From NCBI GenBank assembly GCA_030704615.1, contig CM060733.1:32984001-33048000 (forward strand): DNA of 64,000 bases, written 5' to 3'. The DNA is from Takakia lepidozioides. Taxonomy: Eukaryota > Plantae > Bryophyta. Position numbers and translations under genes: made by a program. Of this stretch, positions 38,112 through 49,784 are shown one piece after another (within the stretch, counting starts at the first letter, position 1; each line of letters starts with the position of its first letter). The notes beneath the pieces are model-generated. The model did not search any database. It was not told where the DNA came from and was given only the letters and a program-made list of their open reading frames with translations.

Positions 38112-38519
38112 TATTCACCAATAGGATATTTTTGCGACGTTCCTCCCGGGTCAGCAGCTTTAAGTTCTTTTCTAGAACAATACTGTGGAGGGTCTTCCGA
38201 AGATCCTGTAGCTGAAGTATCGGCGGAATCAAATGATTTCTGCACTATGTACCCTGCGTATACGCCAGATACCCAAGCTTATACACCCGGATCCCCAGAG
38301 TATACTCCCGTATCACCAGAGTACACTCCGGCATCCCCAAAGTATACACCCTCATCGCCAGGGTATACTCCGGGATCCCCAGAATACTCACCAATAGAAT
38401 ACTTTAGCCACCTAAGACCCGGGTTGGCTGCATTGGCCTCATTTTTGGCACAATACACACCTACGTCAACTGTATGTTCCGACCATTTGGAATCATCAGG
38501 CTCTCAGGAGTGTACTTGA
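38112..38519 (+). CDS. Ser/Pro/Tyr-rich ORF with RNA polymerase II CTD-like heptad repeats (probably part of a frameshifted ORF from ~37900)
   Basis: 21-bp repeats at 38259-38405 encode YTPDTQA YTPGSPE YTPVSPE YTPASPK YTPSSPG YTPGSPE YSPIEYF. The frame is open from 38112 (YSPIGYFCDVPPGSAALSSFLEQY). Confidence 0.7.
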   Translation, partial: YSPIGYFCDVPPGSAALSSFLEQYCGGSSEDPVAEVSAESNDFCTMYPAYTPDTQAYTPGSPEYTPVSPEYTPASPKYTPSSPGYTPGSPEYSPIEYFSHLRPGLAALASFLAQYTPTSTVCSDHLESSGSQECT

Positions 38520-39003
38520 ACCAGTTCAGAATTTCAACGTGGTTCCATCGAATACCCACAATAATCAGTAGGATCACCTTCTGGGGGTGTCCTGAATCAC
38601 CATAATATAGTCCTTCATCTCAGTTTTAGGCAGACATATATGATTGTACATTTAAACGTCAACGATGTCTCCGTTTTCGTTCTTCACTGTTGAATAATAA
38701 AGTATTCTTCACGATTTTTGAAACCAATTTAATGATCTTCAGCTTTTGAGATTTCCAGTTTAATTGTGACATTGATTTAATCCATTCCATTTATTCCATA
38801 TTGCAGTCACAGTTGAATGTCCCCCTGTTCCAGCTTAATTGTATGTTAGTTTCTTTCAATTCCATATCTTCCCAGTGGGATTCCCATATGTATATTGGCC
38901 TGACATCCGTAACATTATGATTTGTCTCAATCTTCGACCTTTACTCTCAATCCTGAAATAATGCCATGAGATATCTAATCCAGATAACATAATGTTGTGA
39001 TCC

Positions 39004-42000
39004 ATGTTCAGTCGTCAGTCAAACATACCGGCGGATTGCCTGGTTGGTGTATGCAAGGAGATATGTGGGGAGTTCATCTCACCAAAATCGCCAAACTTCA
39101 GCATAGACCACGTAACTTTGTATACTCTTAACCAGGCGATATCCGAGTGGGGAATAAATCCTGTGGGTGTACCTCCTGACCACCAACTGAAGTTTTCCTT
39201 CAAGATTGGAGCGGAGGTGAAGGAGCTTAATTATGGCTACGTTAAAGATGTTGAGATGGAGTCTGACGTGGAGAATCCAATGATGGTGGTTTTCATATTG
39301 GAGGATGGTAGAGCGAAGAAGACATCAACAGAAAACAACGGAGACGATGAGGCAGCGAAGGGGGCAAAGGGTAAAAGGAAACGGAAGTCCACGGCGGGAT
39401 CCTCTCAGACTGACAATGAAGAGGAGCAGCCAGCCGGCAAAAAGAAAAAGAAAGAAGAGCTCGATATTGTATTTATGAATAACAACAAGAAGCCAAAACC
39501 TAGCAAAAATTTTGACAAGAAGAAATGCGAGGCGATGAATCAAAGTCTGCAGAATGACTACAAAGACATGTTCCCTTTTGGGTTCAACCACATAATATCA
39601 ATTGACATCTCAAGGATGGAACTTGTTCCAAGAAGCATGGTGTATCGTCCGCTGAATATTAATCACAAAGATGAAGTCAAAGCCCGTCTGTACCAGTTGC
39701 GGGTTCTAGATACAAAACATCTCGTCTATCTGGCGCCGAGGAACAAACAGGTGCCAACCCAGGTGTCTGCGATGAAACCAAGGCATCAGAAGGATATTAA
39801 CAATTCAAAATTCTTCGTCATTGGAGGCCAGCACACAATTATGGCTGCAAAGGTATAGTACATCAACGTTTACCTCGCGCAATCGCGCGTTCTTATATAT
39901 TCTTCTCTGCTTCTATGAGAATCATCTTTCGGATATTTCTTTGCGTTTCCTCATTATCCTTCTCGCGCGATCGCGCGTACTTCTACTAGATGATTATATC
40001 AGATGCATCGACGACTTGTTTTGTAGAAATGCATAGCATGATAAGCAAGCACGCGTGATCGCGCATGCTCTTTTATAGTTCAATTCCATGCCGATGTAAC
40101 ATTTTCCAAATCAGGAACTCGTGGAGGAGATTACTGACCGGAGCAAAGGGACTACTACACCGAATGGCCATCAATTATTCTCTTGTCAGATAGCGATAAT
40201 CAATTGCTAAAGATTTCCAAGCTCCTGAACGACCCAAATAAAGCCCAAAAATTCGACACAACATTCCCGGAGAAAGTTGCTCACGCCAGGATGTACTATG
40301 AGTTGAGGGGGGAGCCCAGGAAACTCAACGATAACGTTTCCAAATCTGAAACCGTTCAGTGGAAGGTAATTATTCGGACTTCCTTTATTGTTTAATGTTT
40401 TGTTGTTCATTCACTAGAACTATGTGTCCCTGTTGTGTGTTGGCCTGACATGTTGTTTCTGTTGACCAGGAATTTTTGCAACCTACCACTTATATTGAAG
40501 TGCTTAGCGTTAAGGAGGCCATGAACCTTGGTCCTTTTGCGATGACAATGTTTGGTAGAAGTGGCAACAAGTGGTTCAGAGAGTGGTAGAAGGAAACCTC
40601 TTAGACATTAACGGAAGAAGCACAAGGGTGTACAATTGCAACTCACAAAATCTGCAGTCTGCAACTCCAGGGATTGAATGCCTTCAAGATGAAGAAGTTG
40701 CGCCAAAGAGTTTGGACTTGAAGATCTGCGTTCTGGTCCTTACAAAGGAAAAGCCCAAGATTCTCTGCCTGTCCATTACATCGCTTCGAATAAAGGACAA
40801 GCGTTTATTATCGATGATGTTATGGTGGTATTGGGATATGATGCCAGACAGCAACATCCAGAGCCATACACAAAAGCAGATGGCTCGAAGTGAAGAAAGG
40901 TACAAGTTCAACAAGTCGGAGTTTTTAGACATCATCCGATCGAAACTGGGCCAAATACAAGAAAAAGCAAGTAACATGAACATGAAGACCGAGAAAGTGA
41001 GTGACGCTTCATCAAATACTTGCTTTCATGCAAGAAAAGGTTGAAGACATGGAGAAGGAAATGGGCAACCTCAAGGATACATTCAGTCACATTACCAGTG
41101 CATTGGAGGGAAGCGGAGGTTCACGGATGCCAAAACACAGTTGAAAATTGTGAGAAGAGGGATTTCGATAACATCGCAATGGTGTTCGTCAACAACAGTC
41201 TGTGACGATGACTCAACTTTTTCATGCAAAGAAATTACAAGAATATTTTCGATGCTTCTTCGACAGCAAGCTGAGCCCCTATTATTGGTTTTTCTTCGCG
41301 ACGCAGGAGGTCCTCTTCCAATCTCGCTCGTACATAAGGTTGGCGAGGGGCGGACAAGTATATTCTCTTCAGGGTTGTATATTCCTGGAGAGTTCGACAT
41401 CCTTAAAAAAGACGAGGCGCCAAATCAGTTTCAATGCCTCGCAGTGCCTTATTACGTATTTCCGGCTATAGTTGCCCAGATTGAGAACCACGAGGAGCAC
41501 CTGCAGGGAGTGCTGATGTTCAGCCCCAGTAAACCAGTGATTTAGGCTCCGAAACCCTGAGCTCACGGAACACGAGAAAGACTGTGCCGCTTATGAACAC
41601 GAATTGCGGGCAGAGTCGAGCGACTACATTGCGTCCTTGTTCTGTGGTGAAGGGGATGGCGGCTGTGAACGTTTTTGGAGGCGTAATGTTAACATCGCTC
41701 TCCACGTAAGCATTGATTTCCATTTCCATTCCTATTCTATTTCCATTTCCATTTCGAAACAAATTTTGGAACCTCGCGCGATCACGCGTTCATCCTTTTA
41801 CCCACTGGTTTGGCATCTTTGCAGGCTAGGAAGTCCGTGTCCCCGATATAAACACAACCTGAAAATTATGCGCGAAATAATTGCCGCTAACTACACACGA
41901 CTCCCCTACACAGAATGAGGACAGAACTAGGTTGGTGATGACACATTGGAGGGTAGGAGACCCAACAGGCACAATGCGAAGGAAATGACGACTAAATGAC

Positions 42001-42201
42001 GATACCATGACGATGAAGACGACGGACAAAGAGTTCTGGAACAGAGCAAAACCAGAGAAGGTGACGGAAACAAACGTTGGAGAAAATGATGGACATGAGG
42101 GAGGTGAGGATGGCAAGGCTACTATCAACACGATGATGGCTGTCAACAATTTCTTGGAAGATGCACAGAAAAAATTGAGCAAGGCAGAAATCCCCAGCTG
42201 A
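39004..42201 (+). pseudogene. Spliced TE-type gene with a ParB/Srx-like domain and a possible degenerate N4/N6 DNA-MTase-like C-terminal motif
   Basis: Exons 39004-39852, 40115-40365, 40470-41705 and 41825-42201 have GT-AG borders. Basic NLS-like tract, then MVYRPLN...FFVIGGQHTIMAAK (ParB-like xxGxH motif). Near 41640 LFCGEGD/AAVNVFGG..|ARKSV resembles MTase PGDxVLDPFxG..GR. Multiple frameshifts. Confidence 0.5.
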
Positions 42202-43949
42202 ACAAGCAGGAGGGTAGTACCAAAAACGCCACCATCCACAAGCCCCGACAAATACCCAGAAGAGACAACCCGAGACATGGTTGTCTTCCTCCACTGAAGA
42301 AGTGGGGGGAGACAATGTAAGGATAACGCTGATTCTAGAGACTTCTTTCAATAAGAGATTTCAGAATTAGACTCAGGGGTGGGATTCAGTCCTGTAGGGG
42401 GATATGCCATTAGGATGTCACCATATCAAGATTAAGCCAACGAGTTAGAGAACATCGTTGATGGTCAGGCTTCTAGGGCATTGGTCGGCGATCAAAACTC
42501 TGTTGAAGTGAGTATTGCAGATTATGAGCTGTACTGACCTTGAACGCCCAATTTTATTACAAACTTGATATAACATCAGAATCTTTTTACCAATGGAACT
42601 ATTAACCTGATTGCACAGTGATAGTCTCGTAAATGAATCGAAGTTTATACGGCAGTCTAATCATCCGCATTTTCTGTAGATCCGTGAGTCCATACGGAGG
42701 AAGTGACACATACCAGAACAAACAACCCAACAACATACAATGAAGAAACAATCGACTTCAGAGTGAGGATATCGTCGCCCAAGGTGGCAGCTTCAGAACC
42801 GCGGGCGATCGCGCGAGGTTACTTATGGGAGGGTCGACAAAAACCTTTCGGACGGCAAAAACCCATCGACGTGGAATTGACGGCGAAACCTCATCCGACT
42901 TGGAGCAAGTGCCGCCAAAGCTGGTTTTCATTCTCCGCCTTCTGCTTTCCTTTCTGCATTCCATTGCGAAACAATTCCAATGAATTAATAATTATTTCCT
43001 AATGGGCAGGATGATATGATCTATCCACCACACGACTATCCCAAGCTGTCCAACCCGCGGATTCCTTGCTCTTCCAATGGGTCCAAATGGATGTCAGCCC
43101 GGATATTATGTCCTGGTTCTGGACGTCGGGTCCTATATGAGGTCTTCTCCTAGAATGGGCAAAAACCCCTCCCGCAACTTAGCCTTGTATCTCTGCTGAG
43201 ATTTAAGTTAACAATGTGACATGGCTGGGAGACTTCCTCAAATGGGTCGTCAGAAGTTTTGGGTCATCTTATGAACACTGGCAAAGAAAGACTGTCGTGG
43301 ATTTCAAATCAGCCTTTTTGGAGAAACGCCCACAAGTCATGCATTACAGTTCCCGACCAATGTGTGGAACATAGACTTACTTTCAACACATACTGGCCTA
43401 CGCTACCTAAGGCCCAATCTACTTCAAACGACTTTACGACTTGTTCGTAGACCCCGACTCTAAAGCCTACAGGTCTAACACCCTGCTTATCGACGTCGTT
43501 GGGAACATGTACAAGTCTTTCCTCAATCCCTGAGCCTGGTCATCTTCCTACCTACAATACGAAGCACTTGTAGATCCATACAAGATGATGTTTTGATGGG
43601 TCATCTGAAGCCCCACCTGGAGAAGTTGAAGCATTGAAAAAGGACACTTGGGCCTTCAATGAGCAGAACCCTTTTGGAATACCTAAGGATATCTACTTTA
43701 GGATGCTAGAGTGAAATTCATTAATCGCTAGGACTTTCCATGGCCTAAGAACAAGGAGGAATGGATGCACATCTAAAGTACCTAAAGGCCCTGGAAGTAG
43801 ACATGGATATTAAAGTGACTAGTTTTGAGAATGTATTGGGATTCTGAGTCATTGAGGTCCTTATTGTTCACGATAGTCTTCTTTTGTTGATTTACTTAAT
43901 TGTCTTTATCACTCCTTCACAGATCCGACAGCCTAGATCTCCACCTTTG

Positions 43950-44600
43950 AGGGGACCTCGCTGATAATTTTTGACGTTAATGGAGTGCTATGCAAAATAA
44001 CGAAGCGCCAGAGCCCAGGGACCTGCTCCACGTTTTTTCGGAATCTGATTACACATTCTTCTATTGTTGGGTATCGGCAAATCTTTAGACGGAAGATGTA
44101 CCGGGAAGTTTGGCAAGAGTTACACAAGCACTTCGTTTTAGGTATCTGGAGCTGCATGGTGATTAAAAACAAATGTCGTTCTGGATTTGCTCCTACGTGG
44201 TCTTCCACGGCCAGCGTTCATCATGTCGCAGGAGGATTGTATCATTTGCCCAAGCAATTTGCACCCAAATTACCGAATGAGACAAGATCAACCTCCTGTG
44301 TTCTTGAAACCACTCCTTAAAGTATGGCAGAGTTTTGAAGGTTTTTACAATCAGAGTAACACTCTGCTGATTGATGATACGGCTTTGAAGTGTTTGCTGA
44401 ACCCTCCTGAATCTGTCTTCTTCTTCTCAAGTCTTTTGAGAACATCGACGTCGACGATTTCTTCCTTCTCAAACTTAGATTTCTTGCTTAGCTTCTTGAA
44501 TTTGAGAACGTCTCAAGCTTCTTGAAAGCAACGAGAATAGGATTTCACCTTTCAAAGTTAACGATCCACAGTTCAAGCCTCTTCTTGACTATATTGACAA
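43950..44600 (+). pseudogene. FCP1/SCP (NIF, HAD-family) phosphatase-like domain, degenerate copy 1
   Basis: LIIFDVNGVLC (43961-43993)...HFVLGIWSCM../..FIMSQEDC..PVFLKPLLKVWQSF..YNQSNTLLIDDTALKCLLNPPES; one frameshift near 44170. Confidence 0.8.
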
Positions 44601-45989
44601 TTCACAATATCGTGATTTTTGAGTAAATGATATGTAAATATTCGCGTCCTACTGTGGACACAGTTTACTATTTAAAATTGATTGTGAAGACCATGGAATT
44701 TCAGTATTCTTCTGATATTCTTTTGCTTTGCATAGAAATTGTTATATGCCAAACCATATGTATGGTCAATGGATTCGTTGTTGGCTTTATGTCCGTCGAT
44801 TTCTTTCGGAACCACGCGTGGTTCCAACTCAACTTTGTTGACATATATTTCATTTGCAGTATGCCCATATCAATATGTTCTCCATGCCACAAATGCATCT
44901 CAAATGGGCGAAACAATATCGTCTGGTATTGTTGACGATGTAGAAATGATCAGGCCAGAAGCTTTCCAAGGACCTGACAACTTGTTGTCTACTCAGGCAT
45001 CCATTGCTGTTATCCAGGACTGGGCCTTTCTCCCAACACTTTCCATCATCCACCAGAACGCCGCACGGGGGTCTACATGAGTCTACGTCCCTCCGAACAA
45101 TTGGGTGCAACTATCGCTCAACTGCCTCCTCATCATGTCGTAATTCCAAGCGGGTCACCGGATCACGAGGGCTGGCACCTCAGCTGCTGAGAAGTCAGGT
45201 GATTTATTTCTATTTCATCCATGCGTTTTATTGTTACCGTGTTTCTGTTCATCCTCCTGATTTTCTCTCTTTTACTCCAGCCAAAAAAGCTGCAACGTAT
45301 GACCTTCCTGTGAAGCGGCAACTTCTGCTTCTGGGTTTATTCTAAGGTAATCCATTTTTTTCCGTTTGAATTCGGTTCAGGATGTGCAAAAGAAAAAACC
45401 GAATTCCATTGCCAACCGTCAGCGAGAAGGTTATTGAACTCACTCATTCGCCGACTGAGGTCAGCACACGACAAGACCGGCAAATATTTCTGCACATCCC
45501 CAACCCCCAGAATTCCGATGGTCCTGTGTCAAGGAAACGTCGCAGATCACAGCAGTCAGCGGCGGTCGTGTCCGACGATGAAAAACAACATCTGACGTTC
45601 TGTTATCCCTTCAACATTCACCTGCCTCCAGTGGTAACCCGCCTCAGAATCGAGGGGTAAATCTAGCAAAGGTAATAAGTAATCCTTCACTTGGTCCTCT
45701 GTCTTATTGGTTATGGGCTTTTAGTAATCATTACATATATCATTTACATTGTCGACACCACTTTCACAAAGTAACCTCGCGCGATCGCGTGTGTTGCAGG
45801 AAACTCAGAGACTCCCGATTTGGTTTTTTGTCTCAAGTCTCAATTGGATGTCGTAATGCATTTTTTTTGAGTTGAAAATGTATTTGGAAATACCTAAAGT
45901 TTTTTGGGTCAATCACATAAACTATGGGCTCTTTTGGATGGTCAGACGTTGTTATCTTTCTCAAAAAAGTGTGGTGTCCTGACACACAA

Positions 45990-46540
45990 ACACATGTTGC
46001 TGTTACTGAGTGTCAATGGACTTTCTTTCTTTGCTACGGCCACCTCCTATCGGAGGTGAGTTGTTTAAACAGAGTTCCTTAAGGAAGTAACAATTCAGGT
46101 GCCGCAAACCATTTGTAGTTCCAAGACCTGGATTGCTGGAGTTTCTGTCTTCGACTTGCCATTGACTCCGTTTCATGTAGCGATTGGTCTTGCTCTGAGA
46201 GGGATACTGTATTCAAGATGTTAGAGTGTTCGTTCCTCCGGAAATTATGACACAATTTCGTTTCATATGGTCTGCCGAGCAGTGCCACAGATACAGCTGC
46301 ATATTAAGCTGGACTGAATAGGGTCTTATTAAGATATTAAGAGTATTCTCGTAAAATTTAGTGAAGAATTTGCTAGGCAGGGCAAAATTCTACTGGTAAC
46401 GATGACCCTTCCAAGGCACTCCGAAACCCAGTGAATATTGGGTCTTCCCCATCACTCAAGGAACAATCATTTGGAGGATTTTGTTGACCTCACCAAAGCT
46501 TTGTGGCTTTTTCTCTCTGGCTGATTGGAGCCCAGTCTGT
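45990..46540 (+). pseudogene. FCP1/SCP phosphatase-like domain, degenerate copy 2
   Basis: Read across frameshifts: MLLLLSVNGL...FVVPRPGLLEFLSS..FHVAI/WSCSERDTV..FRFIWSAEQC..KDIKSI..KILLV/DDPSKALRNPVN../VFP. Confidence 0.65.
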
Positions 46541-48359
46541 TGTTGATTACGTCGGCAAGAACTCCTGCAATCTTTTCCTGCCCTCCCGATAGGTCGAAAT
46601 CACGTCTACTGGTCTGGTTTGGAAGATTTATTGATGCTTCTGTTTGGCAGCCCCACTAAAAAAGATCCCGATTATCTGGGTACGTAGTTTATCATTGCTC
46701 TATTTGGGTGTAGTCCATCAACTTTACTTCAACTTGCATTTGTACTTTTTTCGTTTGTTGACTTCACATGACTTTTGTGAGATCAATGATATTTCAATGA
46801 TCTTTGTCTTTTCTTTAACAATTCCCTTCTGTTCTGCCTCCACACAGTTATATTCCAGTGTCCCACAATCAAATTCGACAGGAGAAGAAAGAGGAACGGC
46901 AGCGTAAGGCTGAGCGGCGGGACCGCGAGGCTTTACATTTGTCAAGGTCATCAAGTACAGCTACCGGTGAGGTGTCTGGTCATATCTTACATCAATCTCC
47001 CATTGTATCCATCTCCTCGGGTGCACAGAATTCCGCCATCAGTGGTAACCGACGGCGATCTCGAACATATGCGTTGAGTGTGAGCCGTTTGGGAAGCAAC
47101 TCTGTGTTATTGATGAATTAAACTATGGCCGGCCTGTTCATTACACACATACGTTATTTAACTCTGTCAATGTTATGCCAGATCCTTTCGGCTGTAATGT
47201 TAGTCATCGAAGTTTGAGAGAAATCACGCGTGATCACGCGTGGTTCTTTCATATATCCTCTTGTGGAGCTATCATGGATCAGTAGTGCCATCAGATGTAT
47301 CAAAACAAGTTGACTTCATTGTCAGTTTAAGCAATAACAGATCAGGCTGGAGGCTGGAGGTTGGAGGAGAAGAAATTTTCCGATGTTTTTCATATTACGA
47401 TGGGGAACAACTGACACGATCATCGTCTATGACTGAATTCGGGTTCCTATCTCATAATTCAAGCTCCCACGATGGTCATCTCATTTATTCCTGAGCGGAT
47501 TGTGAAGCTCTGTTAAAATCTCTCTTCAAATGGATTGAAGTAATTTTGGCGGCTTCGAAATTCCTTCCCTGACCAACTGATGGCCACCTTGTGGTTGATT
47601 GAAATCTGGATGCACTCGGCTCGTTGTGGTTCTCACTGGTGGTAGAGGCAGAGATCTGTCGCGTGATCACTCGTGGTTCGAAAAGCGGACTTCAGCATCG
47701 TCCTGGTTCTCCAGCCGACTGCCAAAGTGTTATATTACCTCAACAGTGCAACATGTGATTGGTCGGAGTGATGTTTTTCTATGCTCACGAATTCAACAAC
47801 GAAAATGCTGTCATTTGAAGATGTGATGATACTGCAGGCATAGGGAGTTACTTCATGTCAGTTACAGCGAGGGAACTCAAGGTATTTGGATAATCCGTCC
47901 CGGAATATTCCACACCATCATCCTGGATGATTCATTGATGTGTTTTAGAACACGCACTCAAATCATCGAGGCTGATGGTGTCACTTGTTCCCTGGCGGAT
48001 TGTTCAAGTATCTTATAATCCTAGTCTTTAAGTTGTTTGAAGTCATTCTCCCTGCTTGCATAATCCGATCTCCAACAATTGACAACATCCTCGTGGTGTT
48101 TTATTTGGTTCCTATATCCTTCGTTTGGAGATCCATTATTCTTTTGAGGAACACCAACGATTAACATCGCGCGATCACGCGTGCTTTTCTAAGAGCTAAC
48201 ATGTTCTGATGTCCATCATTGCACACCAAAATGGTGTTACGAGGAGGCAGAATGTCAGCAATTGAACGTCAATCTCCAGCGACATTCTCGTCGTTTTCAT
48301 GTGGACTGGACGCCAAAGGAGGAACACCGTCTCTAACAATCTGTGCAAACAATCTCAAC

Positions 48360-48821
48360 AATCATATGTACTTCAAGGTGCTTGATACTGCGTATGTTCA
48401 TGTAGCTGATTTCTATAGGAGTTTTTTTGCTATTCCCATTCCAACAACATCAGGTCCACTGAGACTGCCATATTCCGAAATCGGAATCAGGCACCACCTA
48501 CATGAAACCATCAGCTAAGAATGAAATCTCCAATTCATTCAATCACAGCCCGGAGAAATATCTCAAGCTGTTGGGCAACTACTTGTGGGCTAGGGTGTTT
48601 CTCTGGAGTCGCATACAATGAATCAAAGATCTAGTTGTGAGCTGACATGCAGCTGATGGTTTTATATTGGTCAATGATGGTGGGCCGTGGCTGATACGGG
48701 AGTCTGAATATGACAGTCTCTGGGGACCTGATACTGTTCGCATGGGAATAGCAAAACGACTACTATACAATTCAGATACAGGAACAACAATAGCATCAAA
48801 CACCTAGCAGTAAATATGATT
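48360..48821. repeat. Diverged inverted duplication (~140-bp arms at 48360-48500 and 48680-48821)
   Basis: The arms encode VLDTAYVHVADFYRSFFAIPIPTTSGPLRLPYSEIGI (+) and VFDAIVVPVSELYSSRFAIPMRTVSGPQRLSYSDSRI (-). DNA starts aatcatatgtac vs aatcatatttac. Confidence 0.8.
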
Positions 48822-49784
48822 TTTGACATTGCTTGTGACAGCTCCAATCAGTTAGTTGGTGGTTAGTCAGTTGGAGATTATTTAATTGGTGATCAGTTTA
48901 CGAGTGCTTTACAGTAAATCGTCAGAAGTACCATAGCCCGTCACAGATGAACCTCGACTGGTCACCCGACACTATTTCCTTGAAGATTTTGCAGAAAACG
49001 TCACTCTCTCCATCAACGTACTCGCCACCAAGCCACTCTCCAGAAGCATACGAGCAGCATACTTATTCCCCAATTGGATACTTTCAGCATCTTACTCCAG
49101 GGTCAGTTACTTGGACATTATGTTTTGAAGAACATACGAGTAATTCATCATCTTCGCGATTCACTGAAAGTATGCAAGACCACCAATTCTTCGAGAAGTA
49201 CAGCTGAACTTCGGTCGCACAAAACATTGTTGGTTGGCGTAATATTGGAGGATATTTTTTGTGAGATCATCACCATATCAACGATTCTCGAGACAACATT
49301 TCATGTACTTCTTCCATCAACCTTCGGAACAACGGAAGAATACAGATTTGAAAATGGTCCCTCCAACCTTGTCAAAATATCGTGATTTTGGGAAATGACT
49401 TTCCTCAAAATATTCTCATCATAAGTACGTCGGCCGACATCGTCTTATGCTAACGGAGTTCAGCCTCCTTTTAGAAGTTGATACTCTCATTGACATGGTT
49501 TACGTTACTTGTATTGGTCCATGCCGCATGGGGCGAGACTTACTCAAATTGACATGGTTCTGAAATAAAACAAGGTTGTTTACCATCAATGTCTCCCCAT
49601 TGTCTTTCATTTCATTTCATGGTATTGTGTCATTGTGCCATGTTTTGCTTACATATTTGATTGATTTGTCTTGTACGTTACATAGTAACGGCCTTCGTAA
49701 TCTCAGTCGCGGTTACGAATATGACTGGTGCTCCAATCATCCATCAGGGCGCGGATCATGAGACGAGTTATCACCCGACACCCA

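Larger units (their letters stand above)
37395..49780. mobile_element. Unclassified degenerate TE-like element or region (ParB-like gene, CTD-like repeats, two FCP1-like phosphatases, dispersed palindromes); boundaries approximate
   Basis: Begins where Gypsy gag is cut off. Unified by 11 copies of CGCGCGATCGCGCG-type palindromes that I did not find elsewhere in the window, and by internally duplicated coding modules. All ORFs are decayed. No termini or transposase were recognised. Confidence 0.55.

Noticed and set aside
38247-38519. RPB1 (NRPB1) gene
   Set aside because: Only seven Thr2-type heptads and no polymerase domains nearby.
39876-40065. CRISPR array
   Set aside because: Only three 14-bp repeats with 74-nt spacers, in a spliceosomal intron, with no cas genes. 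Kept only as a periodic palindrome.
44701-44916. ULP1-like protease motif (VWHITISMQSKRI..Y*NS)
   Set aside because: Resemblance too weak, and no catalytic Cys motif (QxxxxDCG) was found.
47850-47960. JmjC/cupin-like motif (GIWIIRPGIFHTII)
   Set aside because: A single short motif in a stop-ridden frame with no supporting HxD/E.
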